A program made the translations under genes and the position numbers. Under the pieces are notes generated by a model that searched no databases, was not told where the DNA came from, and saw nothing but the letters and a program-made list of their open reading frames with translations. From NCBI GenBank assembly GCA_902582755.1, contig CACHSZ010000002.1, positions 80,151-144,150 of the forward strand: a stretch of 64,000 bases of DNA, given 5' to 3'. This DNA comes from an uncultured Alphaproteobacteria bacterium (GTDB lineage: Bacteria; Pseudomonadota; Alphaproteobacteria; HIMB59; GCA-002718135). Shown here piece after piece: positions 1 to 8,712 of this stretch (positions within the stretch are counted from its first letter, which is position 1; every line of letters begins with the position of its first letter).

Positions 1-1134
1 GAATTTTTACAAACAGGTGATGATAATTTTAATTGGTCTTTACCTGAAGATGAATGGCAAGCAATCTCACTAAGCTATACATCAGGCACAACTGGTAAAC
101 CAAAAGGCGTTGTGTATCACCACCGTGGATCATATTTAATGTCAACAGGAAGTGTTACGGCATGGAACATGCCTAATAAATTGACATTTCTTTATACGGT
201 TCCAATGTTCCACTGTAACGGATGGGGTTATCCTTGGACAGCTGCTTTAATACATGCAAAGATTATTTGCTGCAGATACATTGTTGCAAAAGATATTTAT
301 AACTTAATAGATAAATATAAAGTAACTCATTTTGGAGGTGCTCCTATAGTTTTAAGTTTAATTGCTAACGCAGATGAGAAAGATAAAAAAGAAATAAATC
401 ATAAAGTATATGTATTAACTGCTGGGGCTCCACCAACGAGTGCAATTCTTGAAAAGATGGATAACTTAGGTTTTGAAGTTATGCATGTATATGGGTTAAC
501 CGAAACATATGGTCATATCCTTCAATGCGCTTGGAATGAAGAATGGGAATCACAATCAAAATCTAAAAAAGCTGATATTAAAGCAAGACAAGGTGTTCGT
601 TATCCAAATACTGAAGAAGTTTGTGTTGCAGATCCAGAGACCTATGAAAAAGTTCCAATGGATGGAGAAACCATGGGAGAGATTTTAATTCGAGGTAATG
701 TTGTAATGAAAGGATATTACAAAAATAAAGAGGCGACTGAAACATCCATGAAAAAAGGATGGTTTCACTCTGGTGATTTGGCCGTTGTCTATCCTGATGG
801 ATATATTCAAATAAAAGATAGATCGAAAGATATTATAATTTCTGGTGGAGAAAATATTTCATCTGTGGAAGTGGAAAATGTTGTTGCAAAACATCCAGCT
901 GTTTCCTTGGTTGCTGTAGTCGCTAAACCAGATGAGAAGTGGGGTGAAACACCTTGTGCTTTTGTAGAATTAGCACCTGGAAAAAATGCCACAGAGGATG
1001 ATATAATTCAGTTTTGTAAAGAAAATATGGCTGGATTTAAAAGGCCAAAGCATGTAATCTTCGGTGAATTACCAAAAACTTCAACTGGGAAGATACAAAA
1101 GTTTGAATTAAGAACAAAAGCAAAGGAGTTATAA
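1..1134 (+). CDS. AMP-forming acyl-CoA synthetase/ligase, 5'-truncated by the window edge
   Basis: Frame 1 is open from base 1 (EFLQTGDDNFNW...), so the ORF-track ATG at 112 is internal. Adenylate-forming motifs are present: SYTSGTTGKPKGV, YGLTE, GWFHSGD, STGKIQK. The MFHCNGWGYPW box is typical of short/medium-chain ligases. Confidence 0.9.
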   Translation, partial: EFLQTGDDNFNWSLPEDEWQAISLSYTSGTTGKPKGVVYHHRGSYLMSTGSVTAWNMPNKLTFLYTVPMFHCNGWGYPWTAALIHAKIICCRYIVAKDIYNLIDKYKVTHFGGAPIVLSLIANADEKDKKEINHKVYVLTAGAPPTSAILEKMDNLGFEVMHVYGLTETYGHILQCAWNEEWESQSKSKKADIKARQGVRYPNTEEVCVADPETYEKVPMDGETMGEILIRGNVVMKGYYKNKEATETSMKKGWFHSGDLAVVYPDGYIQIKDRSKDIIISGGENISSVEVENVVAKHPAVSLVAVVAKPDEKWGETPCAFVELAPGKNATEDDIIQFCKENMAGFKRPKHVIFGELPKTSTGKIQKFELRTKAKEL

Positions 1135-2445
1135 ATGGATCCAAAAACTTATAAATTTGACACACTTAGTCTACATGCTGGTTATCAACCGGGTAAAAAT
1201 GCTGGCTCAAGACAAGTACCAATTTATCAAACAACTTCATACATGTTTGATGATGTTGACCATGCAGCAGCACTTTTTAATCTAGAAAGAGGTGGTCATA
1301 TTTATAGTCGTATGTCTAATCCGACTGTTCAAGTTCTAGAGGAAAGAGTTTGTGCACTAGAAGGTGGAACAGCTGCTCTTGCAACTGCTTCTGGAATGAG
1401 TGCAATATTTTTAACTATTATGACTTTGTGTAATGCCGGTGATCATATGGTTGTATCTTCGCAATTATACGGAGGGACGGTAAATTTATTTAGATTAACA
1501 CTTCCTAAGTTTGGAATTAAAACAACTTTTGTAAAACCAAGGGATACTGAAGGTTTCAAAAAAGCAATTAAACCAAACACTAAAGGAATTTTTGGTGAGC
1601 TTGTTGGTAATCCAGGTAATGAATTAATGAACATGCCTGAAGTATCAAAAATTGCAAAAGAAGCTGGCATTCCACTTATTATTGATAGTACTTATCAAAC
1701 TCCATATTTATGCCGACCTTTTGAACACGGTGCTGACCTTGTAGTTCACTCATTAACTAAGTGGATGAGTGGTAATGGTTCTTCTATGGCAGGTATTTTA
1801 GTTGAAGGTGGAACATTTGATTGGATGCAAAATGATAAGTTTCCATCAATGACTGAACCTTATGAAGGTTATCACGGATTATCATTTGCAGAAGAATTTG
1901 GTCCAACAGCATTTACTATGATGGCAAGAGCTGAAGGAATGAGAGATATGGGACCTTGTTTAGCACCTCAAAATGCTTGGAATATTTTACATGGACTTGA
2001 AACTCTTTCGCTTCGTATGGAAAAACATTGTTCTAATGCTCTGAAGATGGTTGAATACTTATCAAATCATGAAAGTGTTGCTTGGGTATCTCATGCAAGT
2101 GCACCTGGTCATCCAGATAAGGAACTTGCAGAAAAAATTCTTCCTAAGGGAACTGGTTCAATGATTGCCTTTGGAATTAAAGGTGGAAAAGAAGCAGGTG
2201 CTGCGTTTATTAATAATGTTAAACTTGCATCTCATTTAGCTAATGTAGGTGATGCGAGAACATTAGTTATTCATCCGGCATCAGCAACTCACTCACAAAT
2301 GGATGAGGCAACTTTGAAATTTGCTGGATTATCTCATGATATGATTAGATTATCTGTTGGCTTAGAAGACTTTGAAGATATTGTAAACGATTTCGAAGAT
2401 GGATTCAGAGCTGCAAAAAAACCTCGTTTAGTTGCAAACAAATAA
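1135..2445 (+). CDS. metY: O-acetylhomoserine sulfhydrylase (PLP-dependent Cys/Met metabolism family)
   Basis: 436 aa. N-terminus reads FDTLSLHAG...SRQVPIYQTTSY. The PLP-lysine context is HSLTKWMSGNG and the C-terminus reads RLSVGLED. The start abuts the upstream stop (TAA|ATG). Confidence 0.88.
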   Translation: MDPKTYKFDTLSLHAGYQPGKNAGSRQVPIYQTTSYMFDDVDHAAALFNLERGGHIYSRMSNPTVQVLEERVCALEGGTAALATASGMSAIFLTIMTLCNAGDHMVVSSQLYGGTVNLFRLTLPKFGIKTTFVKPRDTEGFKKAIKPNTKGIFGELVGNPGNELMNMPEVSKIAKEAGIPLIIDSTYQTPYLCRPFEHGADLVVHSLTKWMSGNGSSMAGILVEGGTFDWMQNDKFPSMTEPYEGYHGLSFAEEFGPTAFTMMARAEGMRDMGPCLAPQNAWNILHGLETLSLRMEKHCSNALKMVEYLSNHESVAWVSHASAPGHPDKELAEKILPKGTGSMIAFGIKGGKEAGAAFINNVKLASHLANVGDARTLVIHPASATHSQMDEATLKFAGLSHDMIRLSVGLEDFEDIVNDFEDGFRAAKKPRLVANK

Positions 2446-3261
2446 ATGAAGTTTAAAGTTCGCGGAATTGATACGTTTGCCTCCACTGGAGGCAGACCTT
2501 TTGATAAAAATAAACCTCTTATAATCTTCGTTCACGGTAGTGGACTAAGTCACATGGTTTGGGTTTTACAAACGCGCTACTTTGCATTTCGTGGATACAG
2601 CGTTTTAGCCGTTGATCTACCAGGTCACGGACTTTCTTCTGGCGAAAGTTTAAAAACTATTGAAGAAATGGGAAACTGGGTTGGCGATGTAATTGGAGCA
2701 GTTGGATGTAAAGAAGCTTCTCTAGTTGGACATTCTCAAGGATGCCTTGTAACAATGGAATGTGTTGCTCAACACCCAGAAAAAATTAAAACGTTAACTC
2801 TTATGGGTGGTGCATCTGCTATTCCGATGAATCCAGAATTATTAAAGCTAGCTGAAGAGAGTAATCCTAAGGCTGTTGATCTTATGATGGATTTTGCGCA
2901 TGGTCCTGCAGGACATTTTGGAGGTCATCCTGTTCCAGGTTTATATCACCTAAATGTTGGCTCCATGATTGTTCAAAATAAAGAAATTAAAGATACTTTA
3001 GGTGTCGATTTTAGAGCATGTGATAATTATAAAAATGGACCTGAGGTTGCTAAGAAATTGGATTTACCTACTCTTTCTATATTAGGTGCACAAGACAGAA
3101 TGTGCCGTTTAAAAGATGGAAAAATTCTTGCTGATTATATTAAAGGATCGGAAGTAAAGATCATTGAAGATTGTGGGCATATGATGCTCTTAGAAGAAGC
3201 TGATCAAACATTAGAAATTCTAAAGAAGTTCATAGCTGAACATTATCCTTTACCTAGTTAG
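2446..3261 (+). CDS. alpha/beta-fold hydrolase
   Basis: 271 aa. Oxyanion-region HGSG, nucleophile elbow GHSQGC and a C-terminal CGH histidine. The start abuts the metY stop. Confidence 0.8.
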   Translation: MKFKVRGIDTFASTGGRPFDKNKPLIIFVHGSGLSHMVWVLQTRYFAFRGYSVLAVDLPGHGLSSGESLKTIEEMGNWVGDVIGAVGCKEASLVGHSQGCLVTMECVAQHPEKIKTLTLMGGASAIPMNPELLKLAEESNPKAVDLMMDFAHGPAGHFGGHPVPGLYHLNVGSMIVQNKEIKDTLGVDFRACDNYKNGPEVAKKLDLPTLSILGAQDRMCRLKDGKILADYIKGSEVKIIEDCGHMMLLEEADQTLEILKKFIAEHYPLPS

Positions 3262-3299
3262 TAAATTTTAAAAATTTTTAATAATTAATATTTCTGCTA

Positions 3300-3482
3300 T
3301 TATTGATTTTCTTCTTTATCAGGTCTTGTAAGTTCTTCGAGTTTACGCATTTCCTCTTCCATTTTAAGCTTTTCTTGCTCTTCACGTTTTCTTTTGCGTT
3401 CCTCAGCTTTCATTTTAAGCTTAAGCTCTTTCTGCATTTTGCGGTCTCCCGCTCTTGATTTGTGATTAAAATGGATTCCCAT
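3300..3482 (-). CDS. small Lys/Glu-rich hypothetical protein (predicted coiled coil)
   Basis: 60-aa ORF that fills an otherwise empty gap. The composition (KELKLKMKAEERKRKREEQEKLKMEEEMRKLEE) could also arise by chance in AT-rich DNA. Confidence 0.35.
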   Translation of the reverse strand: MGIHFNHKSRAGDRKMQKELKLKMKAEERKRKREEQEKLKMEEEMRKLEELTRPDKEENQ

Positions 3483-3532
3483 AATGTGCGAGTATATACT
3501 AAAAATTTAATGATTTATCTAGACTCTAAATT

Positions 3533-3727
3533 TTAATTTCTGGCTAGCCAGACAATAACGACAAAGACAAATATAGCTATAGCTTGAAAAAGCACTCTTA
3601 AACGCATTAGCTTATTACTATGATTTTTATTAAGTTTGCCATTTACAGCCATTGCTATGACCCCAATAATCACGACTGCTAGAGTTGCAGCCATAAATAA
3701 AACTAGCACTATTTGCATTGTACCCAT
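3533..3727 (-). CDS. HIG1-domain / twin-transmembrane-helix small protein
   Basis: Two hydrophobic helices flank the motif SNKLMRLRVLFQ, which matches the (S/Q)xxMRxRVxxQ box of HIG_1_N proteins. I place the start at the internal Met (MGTMQIV...) to avoid overlapping the divergent gene; the track start is 3787. Confidence 0.7.
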   Translation of the reverse strand: MGTMQIVLVLFMAATLAVVIIGVIAMAVNGKLNKNHSNKLMRLRVLFQAIAIFVFVVIVWLARN

Positions 3728-3755
3728 ATATCTATCTATATAAAACTTTTCTTGA

Positions 3756-4460
3756 ATGAAGCAAGAATTCATACATAAGGTCAGCATGGACGATATATTA
3801 TTAGGCCCATCAATATCAAAACACGATAATCCTAAAAAATTAATGGTAATGCTTCATGGTTATGGCGATAATGCTGCTAATTTTATTCATTTAGCAGAAC
3901 CTTTAGACCAAGATGAATGGGGAATGCACTATGTAGCTTTAAATGCACCAAGTATTATGCCCGGCAATCCAATGGGTTATCAATGGTTTGATTTATATCT
4001 GAACGGTGTTTATATTTCTGAAGTTGGTCCTAAAGAATTTGAAAATGTTAGAAATTTAATAAATGAAAATGTTAAAAAAATTTCTAATACAATATCTCTT
4101 CTTACAAATGATTTAAATATTGAGATGAGTGATTGTTTTGTCATGGGCTTTTCCCAAGGAGGAATAATGGCGTTTGAATTGGGTCAATCTCTTAATAAAA
4201 AATTAGCTGGCATAGCAATTATTTCTTCAAGAATAATTTCAAGAGAATTTGTTCCTAAAAATTCATTTTTAGAAACACCAATATTTATTTCACATGGTGG
4301 ACTAGATAATGTTCTGCCTGTTTCGAATTTTAATCAATCAGTTGAAATCCTAAAAAATTATAATTTTAAATTTGAATCTCACCTTTTACCAAATGATGAG
4401 CATACTATGTCGCAAGAAACAATAACTTTATTCAAAAATTTTATTAAAAAAAATATTTAA
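3756..4460 (+). CDS. phospholipase/carboxylesterase-family serine hydrolase
   Basis: LHGYGDNAANF, nucleophile elbow GFSQGG, and a late HGGLD...H triad context. An alternative start is ATG 3786. Confidence 0.8.
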   Translation: MKQEFIHKVSMDDILLGPSISKHDNPKKLMVMLHGYGDNAANFIHLAEPLDQDEWGMHYVALNAPSIMPGNPMGYQWFDLYLNGVYISEVGPKEFENVRNLINENVKKISNTISLLTNDLNIEMSDCFVMGFSQGGIMAFELGQSLNKKLAGIAIISSRIISREFVPKNSFLETPIFISHGGLDNVLPVSNFNQSVEILKNYNFKFESHLLPNDEHTMSQETITLFKNFIKKNI

Positions 4461-4524
4461 AGTAATCGAATCTTAATATTATATTACTATTTGTATAATA
4501 TGACTTGGGTGAGTAGAAAATAAA

Positions 4525-5079
4525 ATGAGTGCTGCAGAAAATCCAGCTTTGGTTCTTAATGCTGATTTTCGGCCTCTATCTTATTACCCTCTTTCCTTAT
4601 GTTCATGGCAAGACGCCATCAAAGCCGTTTTTCTTGAAAGAGTTTCAGTAATTGAAAATTATGAGCATGAGGTACATTCTCCAAATCTTACATTTAAGTT
4701 ACCAAGTGTAATTGCTTTAAAAGATTATGTAACACCTCAACGAAGACCCGCTTTTACTCGTTTTAACGTTTTTTTGAGAGATAATTTTACTTGTCAGTAT
4801 TGTACTAATCGTTTTCCCGCAAATGAACTAACATTTGATCATTTAGTTCCTAAATGTCTGAATGGAAAAACCACTTGGGAAAATGTTGTGTCTGCATGCA
4901 CATCTTGTAATTTAAAAAAAGGACGAAAATTAATTCACAATACAGATATGAAACTTTTTAAAAAACCTCTTCGACCATCGTCAATTCAATTACAAAATAA
5001 TGGTAGGAATTTCCCCCCTAATTTTTTGCATGAAACTTGGAGAGATTATTTATACTGGGATACAGAATTAGAAAATTAA
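4525..5079 (+). CDS. HNH endonuclease-domain protein
   Basis: The CQYC...FDHLVP...N...CTSCNLKKG arrangement shows the HNH/zinc-finger signature. Confidence 0.8.
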   Translation: MSAAENPALVLNADFRPLSYYPLSLCSWQDAIKAVFLERVSVIENYEHEVHSPNLTFKLPSVIALKDYVTPQRRPAFTRFNVFLRDNFTCQYCTNRFPANELTFDHLVPKCLNGKTTWENVVSACTSCNLKKGRKLIHNTDMKLFKKPLRPSSIQLQNNGRNFPPNFLHETWRDYLYWDTELEN

Positions 5080-5645
5080 ATTTTCTTTGATATAGCGATT
5101 GCTGTTTTACATCCAAGCTCTATTACCTTTGACATAATTTTATATCCTGGCGCGTTTTCCGCATCATGTTCTATTCCAATATCGTGATGTTCAAGTTCAT
5201 CATCTCTAAATTTGGAAATTGTTTTTTTTAAATCTTTGTGATCATCTCCTAAGAGCTCTAATTGTTCTTGATAATGTTCACCGATTACTTTTTCAACAGC
5301 TACAGTACATGCCATGGCAGCTTTTTCACCCATTAAGGCAGTGGATGCTCCAAGCGCATATCCTGCAACATTCCACAAAGGGAGGAGAGCAGTTGGTCTG
5401 ACCCTATGTTCCAATATTAACTCGTTAAATTTATCAATATGCTCTTGTTCTTGGTCAGCCATATGCTGAATTGTTTTTCCAAGCTTTGAGCTTTTCCCAA
5501 AAATTGCTATTTGGCCGTCATATATTTTAGTTGCACCATATTCACCAGCATGATCGACTCTTATGATTTCTTCTAATATCTCTCTATGAGTACTTCTATT
5601 TGACGAGGATTTTTTTTTAGATGTTTTTTTCTTTTTTATAGCCAT
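5076..5645 (-). CDS. coq7: demethoxyubiquinone hydroxylase (Coq7 family, di-iron carboxylate)
   Basis: RVDHAGEYGA plus two ExxH boxes (EQEHIDKF, ELEHHD). The start is placed at MAIKKKK...; the track start 5669 lies deeper inside the upstream gene. Confidence 0.85.
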   Translation of the reverse strand: MAIKKKKTSKKKSSSNRSTHREILEEIIRVDHAGEYGATKIYDGQIAIFGKSSKLGKTIQHMADQEQEHIDKFNELILEHRVRPTALLPLWNVAGYALGASTALMGEKAAMACTVAVEKVIGEHYQEQLELLGDDHKDLKKTISKFRDDELEHHDIGIEHDAENAPGYKIMSKVIELGCKTAIAISKKI

Positions 5646-6111
5646 AGTATCTAAATAAATAAATAGCATTAAAAATAAAAATAACTAGTAAAACAAGCGT
5701 ATTAATTGAAGCAGCAGAAATTCCAAAAAAACTCCAAACTACTTCATCGCAACTGATCACTTGCTTTGATAATATCTGCGCTTTAAGGTCTGTAGCATTT
5801 TCACTGTTTGTTAGCATCGCTGAACAACCTGCTGGTCCCCTAAGAATTTTATTTTCAACTCCAACATGCCATATTGAATAAAAAAGTCCGTAAACTGATA
5901 CAAATTGAATTACTACAAAAAGCCAAATTTTATTTAAATTTTTTAATAAAAATATGAAAACTAAACATATTAAAATTAAATAATAAGGATGTCTTTGCTT
6001 TAAACATAATTCACACGGCTGAAGATTGAAAATATATTCTGCAACTAATGCTGATGATATTGAGAAAAACGAAATTACAAATAAAAGCTTGGTCCAATTA
6101 CGAATTATCAT
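5617..6111 (-). CDS. dsbB: disulfide bond formation protein, DsbB family
   Basis: Four predicted TM helices. CELC (CxxC) lies in the first loop and a second Cys pair (GCS...ISC) in the second loop. Confidence 0.75.
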   Translation of the reverse strand: MIIRNWTKLLFVISFFSISSALVAEYIFNLQPCELCLKQRHPYYLILICLVFIFLLKNLNKIWLFVVIQFVSVYGLFYSIWHVGVENKILRGPAGCSAMLTNSENATDLKAQILSKQVISCDEVVWSFFGISAASINTLVLLVIFIFNAIYLFRYYGYKKEKNI

Positions 6112-6692
6112 ATAAATCTAATTATAAAAACACTTCCAACAAGTAAAATAAAAAACACAATAGTTAAAATATTAAAATATTTATCAATAATTAACTTAAT
6201 TTTTTCACCAAAAAAATACAGAAGTATTGCTATCAAATAAAATCTTAATCCTCGTCCAATAATAGAAATAATAATAAATAAAAAAATATTTAGTCCAAAT
6301 ACACCACTCGCAATTGTAATAAACTTATATGGAAAGGGCGTTATACCTGCGCCTAAAACAATTAAAATACCAAATTCTTTGTAGTAATTTTCAAAAATAC
6401 TAAAGGAATTCTCTAGATGATAAAACTCAACAATATAAATACCTAATGAATTATAAAAAAAATATCCTATTGCATATCCTAGTATTCCACCAAGAACAGA
6501 AGAGATGGTGCAGATCAATGCATAAAATAAGGCTCTTGCTTTAGAAGCTAAAACCATTGGTATTAGAACTATATCAGGTGGAATTGGAAAAAATGAACTC
6601 TCTACAAATGAAATTAAACTTAAATACCACTTTGCATTTTTGTGCTCAGCTTTTTTTAATGTCCAATCATATATATTTCTAAGAAAATTCAT
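6108..6692 (-). CDS. DedA/SNARE-associated family membrane protein
   Basis: ESSFFPIPPD motif in a polytopic membrane protein. The start is set at MNFLRNIY (6692) because the track start 6737 runs into the tRNA gene. Confidence 0.8.
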   Translation of the reverse strand: MNFLRNIYDWTLKKAEHKNAKWYLSLISFVESSFFPIPPDIVLIPMVLASKARALFYALICTISSVLGGILGYAIGYFFYNSLGIYIVEFYHLENSFSIFENYYKEFGILIVLGAGITPFPYKFITIASGVFGLNIFLFIIISIIGRGLRFYLIAILLYFFGEKIKLIIDKYFNILTIVFFILLVGSVFIIRFI

Positions 6693-6704
6693 CACAATTA
6701 ATCT

Positions 6705-6789
6705 TGGTAGGAGTAGAGGGAATCGAACCCACACCACCGAAGTGACCGGATTTTGAATCCGGCGCGTCTACCAGTTCCGCCATACTCCC
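6705..6789 (-). tRNA. tRNA-Leu (anticodon CAA), CCA encoded
   Basis: The reverse complement folds as GGGAGTA-TG-GCG-GAACTGGTAGA-CGC-G-CCGGA-TTCAAAA-TCCGG-TCACTTCGGTGGT-GTGGG-TTCGATT-CCCTC-TACTCCT-A-CCA. It has a 7-bp acceptor stem, a CAA anticodon, a long variable arm (class II) and a T-loop. Confidence 0.9.
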
Positions 6790-6941
6790 CTTAAATTTTT
6801 CATAATATTACTCGGTTTTAATAGCTAAGTCTATTAAGTTATAGGCCATTTTTAGAATGATAGGGTATCTATAAGGAATCTAAAATTTTATAAAAATATA
6901 GTTTAATTAAATAAGAGATTTTTATATTATCTTTTAAAGAT

Positions 6942-7625
6942 ATGTATTTAAAATTTATATTTATAATATTGTTTTTTATCACTTCAAAACTGATGGCTGA
7001 AGATACTATCCAAAGTAACTTTGCAAACTTAAAAAAACTATTAGATAGTAAAACTATTACAATAGAGCAGTTTAATAATGGTATAGATAAATTGTTAACT
7101 ACCTCTGAAGAATATAAAAGTTTAAAAGAATTATTCAAAAACAATGTTATTAATGAAAAAGATTACTTAGATATTTTGGAAAATTTAATTTTTGAAGGTG
7201 AAGACTTAGTTGAAAAGAGTAATATAGTTACAAATCAAGAATCTAAAGAATTAAATAAAGAAATTGAATTATCATTAATAATTACCCAGGTTGGACAGAA
7301 AGTTCCCTTATCATTAAATGCAAAAGTTGATAGCGAAGAAAGATTATCATTATTGATTAATGAAAACAAAGTTGAACAAATCATTATAAAAGAAAATTCA
7401 AATAATTTCTTTAGCGTTGATAATATTAAATCATTTAAAAATCTTAAGATAAATTTTGATAATCAGAAAAAATTGAAAGGTAAAGGTAGAATTGCTGTAA
7501 AATCTTTTCCTGATGCTAATTTAGTTATGTGGTGGGATATTGATCTTTCAAATGAGAATCCAATAGGAGAAATTAATATTGAAATTCCCGGCAAAGGACC
7601 TCAAATAAAATTAAAACCAAACTAA
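6942..7625 (+). CDS. hypothetical secreted protein
   Basis: 227 aa. N-terminal signal-peptide-like segment MYLKFIFIILFFITSKLMA|ED. Lys/Asn/Glu-rich with no recognisable domain. Confidence 0.5.
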   Translation: MYLKFIFIILFFITSKLMAEDTIQSNFANLKKLLDSKTITIEQFNNGIDKLLTTSEEYKSLKELFKNNVINEKDYLDILENLIFEGEDLVEKSNIVTNQESKELNKEIELSLIITQVGQKVPLSLNAKVDSEERLSLLINENKVEQIIIKENSNNFFSVDNIKSFKNLKINFDNQKKLKGKGRIAVKSFPDANLVMWWDIDLSNENPIGEINIEIPGKGPQIKLKPN

Positions 7626-7686
7626 AATACAAAATTTTTAAAAAAGATAACGTGCAAATAATTTTTTTAAGTATTTTAAATTTAGG

Positions 7687-8289
7687 CTATCTTTTCAAAT
7701 TAAATTTTGAAGTTACTGTTGTGTATTCACTGTATCCCATTCTGGCAATATAACGCATTGATACACTATCTACTCTATTATTTTTGATAAATTTATCATT
7801 TATAAAAATTCCAATTACTTCTCCAATAATCATTGTAGAAATTTTTTTTGAGTTTGATTTAAGCGTAATTGTTTTTACTAATTTACATTCTAAATTTACA
7901 GGACTATCTTTAACAGAGGGTGCGTTAACAAGTTTGGATTTTTTCTTTTTTAAATTAGATAAAATAAATTCATCTTCATTTGGTTTAAAATCCTTGGAAG
8001 ATATGTTCATTTGATTCCGAAAATCTGAAGTAACAAAATTTACAACAAATTCTTTTGTAGATAAAATATTTGATAATGAATCTTTATATTTTCCATGAGA
8101 TGGACTACCATTTGAACAAAACATAATTTGAGGAGGTTCATCTGCTACAGCGTTAAAGTATGAATATGGTGCTAAGTTTGATAATCCATCTTTACTAATT
8201 GAAGATATCCATCCAATTGGTCTTGGAAAAACAAGTGATTTAAATGGATCTATTTTAAATGGATTTCCCTTTTTTGGTTCATAAAACAT
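7687..8289 (-). CDS. flavin reductase-like (FMN-binding split-barrel) protein
   Basis: PRPIGWISS...NLAPYSYFN pattern typical of the flavin reductase-like domain. Confidence 0.8.
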   Translation of the reverse strand: MFYEPKKGNPFKIDPFKSLVFPRPIGWISSISKDGLSNLAPYSYFNAVADEPPQIMFCSNGSPSHGKYKDSLSNILSTKEFVVNFVTSDFRNQMNISSKDFKPNEDEFILSNLKKKKSKLVNAPSVKDSPVNLECKLVKTITLKSNSKKISTMIIGEVIGIFINDKFIKNNRVDSVSMRYIARMGYSEYTTVTSKFNLKR

Positions 8290-8298
8290 TATATATTT

Positions 8299-8712
8299 TT
8301 ATGTATACGAATTAGCATATTCTTTTATTTTCTCTAACATTGAGTAAACTCCATTTCTTCTTCCTGGAGTTAAAAGAGTATCAAGTTCTAAAACATTTAA
8401 CATGCTAAAATCAGAATTTTTAATCTCAGAGGGATTTCTATCTCCATAAATATCACATAGAATTGTAACCATGCCCTTTGATATAAATGCATCTGAGTCA
8501 TAATAAAATGAAAGTTTATTTTCATTTAATTGAGGCACTAACCAAACTTGTGCTTGACATCCTGAGACTTTAAAAGAATCATTCCTATATTCTTCAGGAA
8601 AATTTTTAGCATTTTTCGCCTGATCAATTAAAAACTTATACTTATCCATTCCATCATCAAAAAGATCTAGACTCTCTTTGTAGTAATTTATTTTTTCTTC
8701 TATTGTTTTCAT
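8299..8712 (-). CDS. sufE: SufE-like cysteine desulfuration (sulfur acceptor) protein
   Basis: 137 aa with the conserved FKVSGCQAQVWL active-site cysteine context. Confidence 0.85.
   Translation of the reverse strand: MKTIEEKINYYKESLDLFDDGMDKYKFLIDQAKNAKNFPEEYRNDSFKVSGCQAQVWLVPQLNENKLSFYYDSDAFISKGMVTILCDIYGDRNPSEIKNSDFSMLNVLELDTLLTPGRRNGVYSMLEKIKEYANSYT

Noticed and set aside
1100-1140. Looked for a SAM-responsive riboswitch upstream of metY, as reported for some metY genes in marine alphaproteobacteria.
   Set aside because: metY starts on the nucleotide after the preceding stop codon, so there is no leader in which a riboswitch could fold.
4525-5079. The HNH endonuclease as part of a restriction-modification, homing or defence element.
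   Set aside because: It is a stand-alone gene with no methylase, intron/intein context, repeats or other defence genes nearby, and it is flanked by housekeeping genes.
6869-7144. 91-aa minus-strand ORF overlapping the start of the secreted-protein gene.
   Set aside because: It has an Asn/Ile/Leu/Ser low-complexity product, no signal or domain, and overlaps the more plausible + strand ORF with a signal peptide. The call between the two remains uncertain.
6705-7686. tRNA-Leu with an adjacent orphan gene as a possible integration site or mini-island.
   Set aside because: There is no integrase, and I saw no repeat of the tRNA 3' end. The orphan gene lies on the 5' side of the tRNA, while the 3' end is 13 nt from a core DedA gene.
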